Made by a program: the position numbers and the translations under genes. The notes below the pieces were generated by a model. It searched no databases, was not told the DNA's origin, and saw only the letters and a program-made list of their open reading frames with translations. From positions 51,295-115,294 of the IMG/VR virus record IMGVR_UViG_3300013014_000020: a DNA stretch of 64,000 nt; one strand, given 5' to 3'. This DNA is from a virus. Positions within the stretch are counted from its first letter, which is position 1. Each line of letters begins with the position of its first letter. Positions 19,139-29,136 of the stretch are shown here, one piece after another.

Positions 19139-20266
19139 ATGGCAATTATTGACGAACCAGAAAGAAGTAAGTTGTACACAAAAGTAAGACATTTACTTGG
19201 TGCACCATTAAGATCCGTTGAATTAGAGGACGAACAAATGGATACATTGCTTGAATTTTCAATTGATGAGTATTCGCAATATGTTCAAGATTGGTTAATA
19301 GAATCACAATGGACAGCACTTCACAATCTTAATTTAGATACACAATCATTAACAAAAGCTTTTACAACTAGAAGTTTAGATTATGAAACTAGGTATACAT
19401 ATGCCTACTCTAAAATCGTAGGACTACAAGCCGGTGGTGATTCTGTATTGAAAAAGGATTATATACAATTAGTACCTAAACAACAAATTTATGAAATTCC
19501 TGCTGGTCGTGAATTAAATGAATTGTTATGGTATTCTCCACCAGAATTAAATAATATGGTATTTGACCCATGGTCTTTTGGTTCTTTAGGTGTTGGCGGT
19601 GGTCTTGGAGGCGGTGGAGGTCTAGCTCAGATGGGTAATATGGGTGGTAGTTATTTTATGATGCCAGCCTTTGATATGTTACTTAGAATGCAAGAAATTA
19701 ATATACAAAGAAGAATTATTGCCGGTGAATTAACATATCGTGTAACAGCATTACCTGAAGGTAAAAAAGCAGTTCATTTAATGAATACACCTGGTGGTAA
19801 ATTCGACTTTGGTAATTCAACTTTAATGAGAGGTAGAGTTTGGTATTGGTATTACGATGATGGTGGTGATAGAGATAACTGTTTGGCAAAAAATCCAGAT
19901 ATAATAAGACTACCATCCGATGTTCCATTTGACAAAATAAATTGGTTAGAGTTAAATAATCCGGCCCAAGTTTGGGTTAGAAGATGGTTTATTGCTTATT
20001 GTAAGGAAACATTATCTAGGGTTCGTGGTAAATTTAGCGGGAACTTAAAAACAGGTGAAGGTGGTGATCTTACGATGGATTATACATCACTTGCAACTGA
20101 AGCTAAAGATGAAAAGACAAAACTTATTGACGAACTTATTGGTGCCGAAGGTAGACTTACTAGGTTAAAACCAGAAAAAGTTATGGAGAGAGAAGCATTA
20201 CTTGCTGAAAACTTAAATAAACAGCTCAAGTTTAGAGCAATGCCTAGACAAATTTATGTGATATGA
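19139..20266 (+). CDS. Neck / head-tail adaptor protein (T4 gp13-like)
   Basis: LGAPLRSVELEDEQM N-terminal motif; WVRRW..A..KE.L..VRGKF C-terminal motif. Confidence 0.8.
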   Translation: MAIIDEPERSKLYTKVRHLLGAPLRSVELEDEQMDTLLEFSIDEYSQYVQDWLIESQWTALHNLNLDTQSLTKAFTTRSLDYETRYTYAYSKIVGLQAGGDSVLKKDYIQLVPKQQIYEIPAGRELNELLWYSPPELNNMVFDPWSFGSLGVGGGLGGGGGLAQMGNMGGSYFMMPAFDMLLRMQEINIQRRIIAGELTYRVTALPEGKKAVHLMNTPGGKFDFGNSTLMRGRVWYWYYDDGGDRDNCLAKNPDIIRLPSDVPFDKINWLELNNPAQVWVRRWFIAYCKETLSRVRGKFSGNLKTGEGGDLTMDYTSLATEAKDEKTKLIDELIGAEGRLTRLKPEKVMEREALLAENLNKQLKFRAMPRQIYVI

Positions 20267-20634
20267 TAAGAATAGAAAATATAACACCAAGAAAAAATAT
20301 TGTAAAATACCAAACACATATTCCTATTGAAATACCAAACGAAGTTGTGGTACCAGAAGTTACTGATAAAATCATTTCAGACTCAATTTATAAAATAGGT
20401 AAAGAATCTTTATTAATTGTAAAAGACGTTGAGCAATCTGAAGTTACTTTAAATTCCGAAACAAGTTCTAAAATCACAATAAAATCTTTGTCTAGCGTTA
20501 TAGTAAAGACTGATGTTGGTCAAATTGATGAAGAGTGGGACGAACTCCTTTTAGAAAAAGGAGCTTGTGTTCGATTTAAATTTGTTGATGGTAACTGGTA
20601 TATCTTATCAAGTGACGGCTTAAAGATTAGTTAG
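20263..20634 (+). CDS. Hypothetical protein, probably structural
   Basis: ATGA overlap with the neck gene; beta-rich C-terminus ending W.ILSS. Confidence 0.6.
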   Translation: MIRIENITPRKNIVKYQTHIPIEIPNEVVVPEVTDKIISDSIYKIGKESLLIVKDVEQSEVTLNSETSSKITIKSLSSVIVKTDVGQIDEEWDELLLEKGACVRFKFVDGNWYILSSDGLKIS

Positions 20635-23564
20635 ATATAATCTTCCCACCCATCTTCAGCTAACTCGTAAATATAATTTGGGTCAACACCAACATTTTCC
20701 CAAAATATAACTTCACCCTTTTCCATATCAATTAGGTCTTTTTGTATATCATCCTGATCCTTTTCTTCAAACGGAACACCATTAATTAATATACATTGGT
20801 CTTTTGTAAAGAACGGTCTATCTTCTGGGTTTTTAACTAAAAGCCCATCTCTTACTTCTTCTTTAAAAACAACAAGTAATGGCTCTACTCGTTTATTAAA
20901 AGTTGCAATTGCTCTTTGGATATTATACTCACCGGTTAAACCTGGGTTACTTTCTAATTCTTGGGGGTTAATTCTGTAACAATTAAGTTGTATTACAGAT
21001 TCTGTACTAGCAAGTTTATATGCAACATCGGTTGGTACACCGGTATTAGCTTCTTTATTTTTAGAATTACTACGTACCCAGTTATCGTCTGACCAAGACT
21101 TTTCCCAACCATTCTCAAGTAGAAACTTTTCTTTTTCTTTATACGAACCTTTAAATACTGTAGAGTCGGAGAAAAATAATTTTACTTGTTCGTCATTCCA
21201 TCCGGCTTTTGGTCTATTAACTTTTTGTACATCTCCGTGTGATGCTTTTGTTCCATTATTAACATAATAAATAACATCACCAAGATTAACATTTAAACCC
21301 TCATTAATCGCAAGTTCCATATGGGCTTGTCTTGACATTAAAGCACCTGCTTTTGTTTTGGTTTTACTTCTTTTAATGTAATCATCAATTGATTGTTTAA
21401 TCTTTGCTTTACTTGCAATGTCCATTAAAGGAATTTTTTGATCAAATATTCTTTGTACATATTCGTAGTACCACTCAACAAACCCTTGACCATCACCATT
21501 AAGTAATAATTTAACACCTTTGTCTAAAAATAACTCAATATACTTTGGCATCTTTTTAGATTTAATACTATTACCTGTAAGTTTAACTTTTCCGTTGTGT
21601 TCTAATGTTGCATAGTTTTTACGTGCTAGGTTAATACAAGAATCCCAAGTACCGTCACAATCAAGTCCCATTGTACCACGCATAAACCGGTCGTTAAATT
21701 CGGCCACATCAGCATCATAACCAGTATACTCTTTTCCTTCTTTCACTAACCAATTTAATCCACGACCAACATACTTCCTATCATCAACACCACCATCTGG
21801 CAACGAAAAGTTCATACCGTCCGTATCACATACAAGTGGGGTGTAACCTCGTTTCACAAAGAATTTTAACATTTGTCTTAAATATTGACGACCGGTACAA
21901 GTGATTTTTTCTCCCATATCCATATCGCCCCAGGGAAATACTTGTGGAGCCGAAAGAGCACCAAATAATGAGTTAATAAAAATCTTAATCGGTAACTGTT
22001 TTGTATCAAATGATTTGGCCTTCTTTTTATCTATTGATTTATACTCTGATGCCAAGTTCTTATACATAATACGACTATCCCTAAAATAAGATAATAACCC
22101 TTTCATTACACCTGTAATATCTGATTCCGGAAACACATCGTGTGTTAATTGGATTGAAGGATAAAGTGATGAGTAATCAAGTTTTAATACGTTCCTTGAA
22201 AATCCTGTTTTAAGTAAACGTGATAACCCACCAACAAAGTTTCTTTTTTCTTTTTTTGCTGGAATTGCAAGTCCATTCTTATAGGACCAAGCAAGCATTA
22301 CAAGTTTCCAGATTGTTGCGGTCCCCATTGTTGATACTCTTTCATAAGTTGTTGGAAGAAGTGATGCAAGAAGAAAAGATCCCTGGTTAAACTCTTCGTC
22401 AACAAGTAATGTTTCTTCTAAGTCATCGTCAAGGTAACGCTCCACAATATCATCACCAGTTGTTTGAATATAAATGTCAGTTCTTCTTTCACATACCTCA
22501 TCAATTTTTTCACTGACACCAACTTTCTTATATTTACCATTTTCTATATTTAACCAGTATAAGTTTTTTTCCTTATACAAAGAACCAATTTTATCGTGGT
22601 CAATATAAACCCGGTCGGCCGCTTCACCGTCAATAAATTTTGTAATATATTTAAGACCGGCCTCTTTAATGGATGAATTAATTGCTTGAGCCCTACGAAC
22701 TGAATGGATAATATCAATAATGTTATAACCCCACATTTGAGTTTGAGTGAATTTCTCAACCTCATTACCAAGTTTTAACATAGAATCTTTTTGTGTTATT
22801 GATCTTTCTCCGTGAAGAGACTTGGCAATCTTTTTAATGTCAAGGTGTAACATTTTACATCTTTCATAAATCCAAAACCAGTCAAAGTTTGCCGAGTTAT
22901 AACCTGAAATGATTGAGGGTTTTATTTCGTCTATAATTTTAAAAAATTCTACAAGACCTCGTCTTTCTTCATCTTCATTTGAACACTCAATTACTTTTTT
23001 GTAACCTGTATTTGTTTTAATCCCAATCATAAAGATACGACCATCCTTTGGTTCTAAAGAGGTCGTCTCAAGGTCAAATACAAGTCTTGTAATATCATTG
23101 TATTCATCAAATCCTTTAAATAATCTTTTTTCTTTTGATATTAAAAATTGTTCCGTTGGGGTTAGCATTAGAAATTTATCTTTTGCTTTTTCACCCCAAG
23201 GGTCTATTCCGCCGTCTTTAAAAAATTGTGATAGAGCTCTATACCCTTTTAGTGATTTAACAAGAAACGTTAAACCATTTTCCAATTGCTCATTACCATC
23301 GGTTCTTAATTTCTCAATTACGATACCGTATTTAGACATTGCTTCTTTTTGTAACGCCTTGGATCCTTGATAAAAATTAAGACCACGTAAGTCACCGACC
23401 CATGCAAATGCAATTAGACTATCTCTAACGATTGATTTTCCTTTTCCTGGTACTTCTTTGATTTTATAAATGTGGTCTTTTTGATAGTCAAATTCTATCG
23501 CCACAATGTGTTCATCTGGATCATTCCCTTCCAGAAAGGATTTAATTTCCTCTGCTGTAATCAT
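20631..23564 (-). CDS. polB: Family B DNA polymerase with 3'-5' exonuclease
   Basis: FDLETT (ExoI), GYNS..FD (ExoII), Y..DD (ExoIII), LDYSSLYPS (A), K..INSLFG (B), DTDG (C), KNY. Confidence 0.96.
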   Translation of the reverse strand: MITAEEIKSFLEGNDPDEHIVAIEFDYQKDHIYKIKEVPGKGKSIVRDSLIAFAWVGDLRGLNFYQGSKALQKEAMSKYGIVIEKLRTDGNEQLENGLTFLVKSLKGYRALSQFFKDGGIDPWGEKAKDKFLMLTPTEQFLISKEKRLFKGFDEYNDITRLVFDLETTSLEPKDGRIFMIGIKTNTGYKKVIECSNEDEERRGLVEFFKIIDEIKPSIISGYNSANFDWFWIYERCKMLHLDIKKIAKSLHGERSITQKDSMLKLGNEVEKFTQTQMWGYNIIDIIHSVRRAQAINSSIKEAGLKYITKFIDGEAADRVYIDHDKIGSLYKEKNLYWLNIENGKYKKVGVSEKIDEVCERRTDIYIQTTGDDIVERYLDDDLEETLLVDEEFNQGSFLLASLLPTTYERVSTMGTATIWKLVMLAWSYKNGLAIPAKKEKRNFVGGLSRLLKTGFSRNVLKLDYSSLYPSIQLTHDVFPESDITGVMKGLLSYFRDSRIMYKNLASEYKSIDKKKAKSFDTKQLPIKIFINSLFGALSAPQVFPWGDMDMGEKITCTGRQYLRQMLKFFVKRGYTPLVCDTDGMNFSLPDGGVDDRKYVGRGLNWLVKEGKEYTGYDADVAEFNDRFMRGTMGLDCDGTWDSCINLARKNYATLEHNGKVKLTGNSIKSKKMPKYIELFLDKGVKLLLNGDGQGFVEWYYEYVQRIFDQKIPLMDIASKAKIKQSIDDYIKRSKTKTKAGALMSRQAHMELAINEGLNVNLGDVIYYVNNGTKASHGDVQKVNRPKAGWNDEQVKLFFSDSTVFKGSYKEKEKFLLENGWEKSWSDDNWVRSNSKNKEANTGVPTDVAYKLASTESVIQLNCYRINPQELESNPGLTGEYNIQRAIATFNKRVEPLLVVFKEEVRDGLLVKNPEDRPFFTKDQCILINGVPFEEKDQDDIQKDLIDMEKGEVIFWENVGVDPNYIYELAEDGWEDYI

Positions 23565-23627
23565 AAATATATTTTTTTGAGCGGTTTATTTGCTTTCGTA
23601 GTTTACGAAATTTACCTTACCTCAATA

Positions 23628-23656
23628 AATATATTGATTTAACCAACTAATGTCAA
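23628..23656 (-). promoter_or_regulatory. Sigma70-type promoter for polB
   Basis: Minus strand TTGACA (23656-23651), 17 bp, TATATT (23633-23628). Confidence 0.7.
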
Positions 23657-23658
23657 AT

Positions 23659-23692
23659 AAAAAACCCTCCTTTATTTTGGGGGGAGGGTTTT
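23659..23692 (-). terminator. Intrinsic terminator ending the fibre island transcript
   Basis: Minus strand AAAACCCTCC...GGAGGGTTTTTT. Confidence 0.75.
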
Positions 23693-23698
23693 AATTTA

Positions 23699-23881
23699 TT
23701 AATTTAATAATAATGTGTGTAATTCTTCTTCGGTCCAAGTTTCTTTAAATGCAACTTCTTTAAGGATTGGTCCTTGTTCAGTTCTAAATCTAATTCCTCT
23801 TGGTACTTGCCTAATTGCAATTACCTTGTGTTCACCAATTGTTTTTGGTTCTTCATACTTAAATAATAATTTAATTTCCAT
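23699..23881 (-). CDS. Small hypothetical protein (possible fibre-associated chaperone)
   Basis: 60 aa ORF between the fibre gene and the terminator, co-oriented. Confidence 0.5.
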   Translation of the reverse strand: MEIKLLFKYEEPKTIGEHKVIAIRQVPRGIRFRTEQGPILKEVAFKETWTEEELHTLLLN

Positions 23882-23901
23882 TTTTATTTTTGATTTATTG
23901 T

Positions 23902-25797
23902 TTATACAATATTTAACACACCACCATTATTCCAAACTGTTCCTGAAGCAAGGCCTGCTGAACTTGTTGGTAAATTACTCAAATGTAGACAGTTCATATG
24001 TGCCGTATTTGCCGCTGTTGTTGTAATACCATTACCAATAATAAAAGAACAATCGTGCGATACTGTATTTCCGGACCCACCAAGAATACCAGAGTGAGAA
24101 TTTGTTATAGTGTTTTGAATACCACCAACAACAAGTGAATAACATCCACTTGATACGTTACAAGCGCCACCACCAATAAACGAACAACCACAATTTGTCA
24201 TATTACCAAAACCACCACCTATTGTTGAGTAAACTCCACTACTAGTGTTGGTTCCACCACCACCTATTGTTGATCTATCACCAAAAGCACGATTAAAATA
24301 ACCACCACTAACAGTTGATGTATCACCACTTGATGTGTTTTGACAACCACCACCAATTACAGAATAATCACCTAATGCTAGGTTACCGTTAGTACCGGAT
24401 GATGAACCACCACCACCAACTGTTGAGTAATTACCGCTTGCGGTATTACAACGACCACCAAGAATTGATGACGCAAAACCTATTGAGGTGTTACAAGTAC
24501 CACCAACAACAACTGATTCGGGCGAATCCGTAACATTACACCCACCACCACCAATAAATGATGCGGGTCCGTTTGCTGTGTTTACATAACCACCACTTAC
24601 TGTTGATAAATAATTACTTGATGTGTTAAACGCACCTCCACCAATAAATGATGCGGGTCCGTTTGCTGTGTTTCCGTAACCACCACTTATAGTTGAACTT
24701 TCGCCGATTGTTGTGTTTCCTAAACCACCACCAATAAAAGAAAATTCTGAAGTTACAACATCATCTAAATCAAAGGTTAAATTATTTGTTGGTGATGAAC
24801 CACCAATAGTATTACCAGAAACTAAAACTTGTTCTCCTTGTTCATATCTTACACCTGTATTTATGATTATAATGTTACTAACAACACCACTACTAACATC
24901 AAAACTAAATTGTAAGTTTGAACCATAACCAACTAAACTAGTTGGATTAACTGTATATGTGTTATCTGTGATTCCAGATAAACTACCAGAATTAAAACTA
25001 ATTGAGGTTACAAAACCACCATAATTTGTATTTCCTAATCCACCTCCTATTGTTGAAAATTCACCTAGTATAACGTTTTCACATCCACCACCATTAAATG
25101 TGTAGTAATTTCCTGATGTGTTACACTCACCACCACTTATTGTTGCTCCGCCCGTTGCGCCACCACTTAATATTGTTGTATTAGAAAGCCCACCACCAAT
25201 TGTATCAAATTGGTTTTCGGAAAGATTATTACGACCTCCACTTACGGTTGATTGATAACCAGATGATGTGTTAAACGCTCCACCACTTACGGTTGAGTAA
25301 TAACCACTTGATGTGTTACGATAACCACCACTTACGGTTGAATGATAACCACTTGATGTATTTCTACGTCCCCCACTTACTGTTGAATAACACGCACTTG
25401 ATGTATTTTCAAGACCACCTCCTACGGTTGAAGAATTACCACTTGATGTGTTATTAATACCTCCACTTACTGTTGAACCATAACAACTTGATGTGTTAAG
25501 ATAACCACCACTTACGGTTGAATGATAACCACTTGATGTATTTCTACGTCCCCCACTTACGGTTGAGTAATTACATCCGGCAGTATTTAAAAGTCCTCCA
25601 CTTACCACGGAGTAATCACCAATTGCTGAACCACTTACATTTACTAATTGTACGGAACTACTTCCAGAACCAACTTCATATAGTTGTGTTGATCCAGTAA
25701 TATTTGATGTCCCCGTAACAATTAAATTCCCATTAATTGTTATATCACCACCTATGGTTTGTCCCGATAAGTTATTTACTATGTATTTTATTGCCAT
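23902..25797 (-). CDS. Fibre/adhesin-like protein with 15-aa STVSGGxxNTSSGxx beta-solenoid repeats
   Basis: Many GG-N repeats; one inserted Gly-rich domain; C-terminal NLPTSSAGLASGTVW cap shared with the 47192 and 50540 ORFs. Confidence 0.75.
   Translation of the reverse strand: MAIKYIVNNLSGQTIGGDITINGNLIVTGTSNITGSTQLYEVGSGSSSVQLVNVSGSAIGDYSVVSGGLLNTAGCNYSTVSGGRRNTSSGYHSTVSGGYLNTSSCYGSTVSGGINNTSSGNSSTVGGGLENTSSACYSTVSGGRRNTSSGYHSTVSGGYRNTSSGYYSTVSGGAFNTSSGYQSTVSGGRNNLSENQFDTIGGGLSNTTILSGGATGGATISGGECNTSGNYYTFNGGGCENVILGEFSTIGGGLGNTNYGGFVTSISFNSGSLSGITDNTYTVNPTSLVGYGSNLQFSFDVSSGVVSNIIIINTGVRYEQGEQVLVSGNTIGGSSPTNNLTFDLDDVVTSEFSFIGGGLGNTTIGESSTISGGYGNTANGPASFIGGGAFNTSSNYLSTVSGGYVNTANGPASFIGGGGCNVTDSPESVVVGGTCNTSIGFASSILGGRCNTASGNYSTVGGGGSSSGTNGNLALGDYSVIGGGCQNTSSGDTSTVSGGYFNRAFGDRSTIGGGGTNTSSGVYSTIGGGFGNMTNCGCSFIGGGACNVSSGCYSLVVGGIQNTITNSHSGILGGSGNTVSHDCSFIIGNGITTTAANTAHMNCLHLSNLPTSSAGLASGTVWNNGGVLNIV
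25321..25560. repeat. 45-bp-period coding repeats with an identical 60-bp duplication
   Basis: 25321-25380 is identical to 25501-25560 (offset 180 = 4 x 45). Confidence 0.9.
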
Positions 25798-25818
25798 TTT
25801 ATCTTTTTAATAAATAGT

Positions 25819-26445
25819 TTATTTTTGAAAAAATTTCTCAATTCTTTTACTTAATCTAACTCTTGGGTCATTTATTGTTCTACCAACATCTTCATATTTT
25901 AACACAAACCCAAAACTTAAAAAAACTCTTCTTGAATTGAATTCATTTGTCCAATGTTTATACAGAGAAGCTTCAAACCCATATAAATCAGATTCTTGTA
26001 TTTTAACCGACTCTTTATCCACATAAAAATCATAATCTTCTGACAACACACTGATGTTACATTTATAATTAACATACCCATCTATTGATGCGTCATAGTG
26101 AGGATTTATTTTTCCTCCTTTATTCATATCAACGGATTGTAAAAAAACATTATCTTTTGGAAAATTAAACTCTTCTGTTATCCTATCTATTATTTTATAA
26201 ATAAAATTAGGTAATGGTTCTTTTGAAACATCTGAAATTGATTGAAATTTTGTAATGTAACTAGTTAAAGGAGTGTTAGAAATATCAAACATATAAGATT
26301 TACCATTTAATGATTTGGATAACTCTGTAAGGTGATGATTACTATCATTCCCGGTATGGTTAATAGATTCAATCCAATTAACTATCTGATTTGACTCATC
26401 ATTTGTGATGAATTTTTTTATTATTTTATAATTTTCAGATTCCAT
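25819..26445 (-). CDS. 2OG-Fe(II) oxygenase (prolyl-hydroxylase-like fold)
   Basis: GG.INPHYD (HxD), H in LYKHW, distal R in SRRVFLSF. Confidence 0.75.
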   Translation of the reverse strand: MESENYKIIKKFITNDESNQIVNWIESINHTGNDSNHHLTELSKSLNGKSYMFDISNTPLTSYITKFQSISDVSKEPLPNFIYKIIDRITEEFNFPKDNVFLQSVDMNKGGKINPHYDASIDGYVNYKCNISVLSEDYDFYVDKESVKIQESDLYGFEASLYKHWTNEFNSRRVFLSFGFVLKYEDVGRTINDPRVRLSKRIEKFFQK

Positions 26446-26669
26446 TTATTAAGAAATTCTTTTGGACCAATTTCTAATTCCATAATAGATAAGTTTTTCT
26501 TAGCGTAAATAGAGTTCATTTTTTCCTCAGATCCTGCCATGGTACAAAACCAATGTGTTGCAGGTTCTTCACCTGTTGATGAACAAGGTATTTTCATAAC
26601 ATTTTTATTTATCCAACCTTCTCTTACTTGTTCTACCTTATCGTTTTCAGTTAAAATATTTATTCTCAT
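26421..26669 (-). CDS. Hypothetical protein
   Basis: 82 aa; P.S.TGEEPATHW.C motif; co-oriented within the operon. Confidence 0.6.
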   Translation of the reverse strand: MRINILTENDKVEQVREGWINKNVMKIPCSSTGEEPATHWFCTMAGSEEKMNSIYAKKNLSIMELEIGPKEFLNKWNLKIIK

Positions 26670-26695
26670 ATTTTTTATTTTTTAGTCATTTTAAT

Positions 26696-27979
26696 TTATG
26701 CTGGTGTTGTTGTTGTTCTTTCCCCATACGCAACTATACCCGATACTGTATTTACAATTGTAAACTTATAAATATACAATGTATTTCTAGCACCATTAGT
26801 CCATGATTTAGTCCATATTTGAGGAACTCCATCTATTTTAAACCCTGTTATTTTCCAAGTATTTCCCGATATATCAGCATTTGACGCAATTATCTTTATA
26901 GATGTCGAACAACCATCAGGTAAATCAAAATTTGTTAAATTAACTATCCAATCCGATGTTGCATCAACCCCAAAATGAACAAATGTTGTTCCAATAGAAC
27001 AATCATAATTTACAGTACCAGATGGTGATGGTAAATTTGTTATCGCTCCTGTTATGTTTGGAGAATATATTGATCCTGTTATAGTTAATCTATCTGCATT
27101 TATAAATTGAAAATAATCAATAGAGTTAGTATTAGTCCCCGTAAGAGATGAATTTGGTTTATCATAGATGGTATTAATAATTGAATAAATACCCGCAACG
27201 CTAATGGGTGCAACATTATTACCTGCCTGAACAAGAACTTGACTATTAAGCAAAGTTAAAGTTGTTGCGGAATTAGTAATAGTTATAGCATTTCCACCTA
27301 AAGCTGTTACAATACAATCAACTATAGCTAGATTACCCGCGCTAGCGGAAGGTGTAACAACACTATTACATCCTTTTACAATGACTTGTGCTGAAGCATT
27401 ACTTACGGATATACCAACATTTTTATTTCCGTTAATGATTATAGTACCCGAACCTGAAATTTGAATACCGGATATACATTGCATTTCCGAGTTAATAATC
27501 TCTACATAACCACTAGAAGATTTAGTAACTTGAGTATCAACGGTACAGTTGCTTATATAAGCTTGAGCCGTTCCACTAATAACAAGGTTAGTCATCTTCA
27601 AACCCGAAATACGGGAGCCAGAACCTAATGTGCCGATAGTTAAAGTTCCATATAATAAAGTATTAGCACCTGTAAGTTCAGATGTTTGAATTGTAGTATT
27701 ACCATCTGCTACAGTAATGTTTTCATTATAACCGCCTGGATGAACAATAATTGTTTTTCTATTACCAGCAACCAAAGTTAATGCCTTAGTAATAGTTGCA
27801 ACGGGATTAAGTAAACTGCCATCGCCTGTAGTGTCGTTTCCATCTATTTGACTTACGTGTATCTCATATTGAAAATTTGACGAAACATTATAATATGTTG
27901 TTGCCGATATAGTATTCGTGGTTAAATCACCATTTATGGTTTGTCCCGATACGTTATTTACAATATATTTTGTTGCCAT
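26696..27979 (-). CDS. Fibre/tailspike-like protein with DUF1565/pectin-lyase-like beta-helix
   Basis: HVS..DGNDTTGDGS..NP.ATITKAL...VHPG.Y.E motif; N-terminus shared with the 23902 ORF. Confidence 0.7.
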   Translation of the reverse strand: MATKYIVNNVSGQTINGDLTTNTISATTYYNVSSNFQYEIHVSQIDGNDTTGDGSLLNPVATITKALTLVAGNRKTIIVHPGGYNENITVADGNTTIQTSELTGANTLLYGTLTIGTLGSGSRISGLKMTNLVISGTAQAYISNCTVDTQVTKSSSGYVEIINSEMQCISGIQISGSGTIIINGNKNVGISVSNASAQVIVKGCNSVVTPSASAGNLAIVDCIVTALGGNAITITNSATTLTLLNSQVLVQAGNNVAPISVAGIYSIINTIYDKPNSSLTGTNTNSIDYFQFINADRLTITGSIYSPNITGAITNLPSPSGTVNYDCSIGTTFVHFGVDATSDWIVNLTNFDLPDGCSTSIKIIASNADISGNTWKITGFKIDGVPQIWTKSWTNGARNTLYIYKFTIVNTVSGIVAYGERTTTTPA

Positions 27980-27997
27980 TTTATTTTTTTAATTTAT

Positions 27998-29074
27998 TTA
28001 GTCAATTGGTAATCCGGACATATACCCAACAGTAATATCACTCCACCCTATACCAAATTCATGCTTCATAACTTTATCTACAACGACATATGATTCAAAT
28101 TGTGTTGTACCGGTACTAACATCAGAATTAATAAAAATACCACTTAAAAAATATACATCATTTGTAGTGTTTCCGGTTACTTGACTTGGTAAATTTGCAA
28201 TAATATAATCATAAGCAGAATCCCTGATAGTTTCCGTGGCAAATATCATTTGTTTATTATAAACCTCTTCAGTAGTTCCTGTGAATCCACTTAAAGTAGA
28301 TTTAAATGGCCATAAAATATCGGTCAATTTCCAAAAAGAATAATTTTCATTATTAAAAGGTGCGTTATTTTGATTTGGAGGTGAACTTAGTTGATTTACA
28401 ACTTGGTCAATTGCTCCCGCAACGGCACCACAGGTATTATCGGTTAAACTATTTGCCTTACCCCTTCTTAACATTCTACCTGAACGACCGTCTTCAGTAA
28501 CACCAATGTGTGGCGTACTTGTTACAAACAAGGTTCCACCAAGAGTTGTTGCTACGTGACTTGCAAATGCCCCAAATCCAACACTACCAACAAATGGATA
28601 ACCTGCCAATCCACCGGACATAAACGGCCCTAAAAACGAATTAATACTGGTTGGCCATCCACCGATATTTCCGGGTAAATATGCTGCATCAACGTCATCA
28701 GAACAAATACCTTCAGCTAAAACAATATCAGTTGATGGTATTCCTTCATTTGTAATATATTCTGTTGTGTATGTTCCCCATACTTCAGATAATACCGCTC
28801 CTGAGAATGGTTGGTATCCTCCGTCAACAGTAACAGTTCTTACTGTTTGAGTATATGCACTCTGACCTTCTAACGGTGCTGGTACAATTATTTCGTATGT
28901 TCTATCATATAATGGAACGTCTAATTCGTATGTTCCATAAGGATAACCCGAAATATTATTAAATGGTATTGTTTGAGTACCTAAGTCAACGGTTCCACCA
29001 GTTGTGGGTAAAAAAGTAACATTTGTCGTAAGTCCCGATAAATTTGTACTTGTTATTCTAATTCCTTGTATCAT
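27998..29074 (-). CDS. LCIB/LCIC-type (beta-class-like) carbonic anhydrase domain fused to an N-terminal virion-decoration module
   Basis: ICSDD, GPF.SGGLAGYPF.G..GFGAFASHV, PHIGV..DG..G...R.G, CGA; candidate Zn ligands Cys/His/Cys. Confidence 0.8.
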   Translation of the reverse strand: MIQGIRITSTNLSGLTTNVTFLPTTGGTVDLGTQTIPFNNISGYPYGTYELDVPLYDRTYEIIVPAPLEGQSAYTQTVRTVTVDGGYQPFSGAVLSEVWGTYTTEYITNEGIPSTDIVLAEGICSDDVDAAYLPGNIGGWPTSINSFLGPFMSGGLAGYPFVGSVGFGAFASHVATTLGGTLFVTSTPHIGVTEDGRSGRMLRRGKANSLTDNTCGAVAGAIDQVVNQLSSPPNQNNAPFNNENYSFWKLTDILWPFKSTLSGFTGTTEEVYNKQMIFATETIRDSAYDYIIANLPSQVTGNTTNDVYFLSGIFINSDVSTGTTQFESYVVVDKVMKHEFGIGWSDITVGYMSGLPID

Positions 29075-29136
29075 TTTTTTTGTTTTTTTTGTTTTTTTTG
29101 TTTATTTTTTATAATAAATATTGTGTTATTTATTTT

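Noticed and set aside
20631-23564. Intein or intron in PolB (extra segment near 21000-21220)
   Set aside because: No C/S...HN splice motifs or LAGLIDADG; the ORF is continuous, so this is just a short insertion.
23902-25797. Ice-nucleation protein resemblance of the Gly/Ser/Thr repeats
   Set aside because: The period is 15 aa with GGxxN rather than the 16-aa AGYGSTxTA repeat, and there are no regular TxT motifs.
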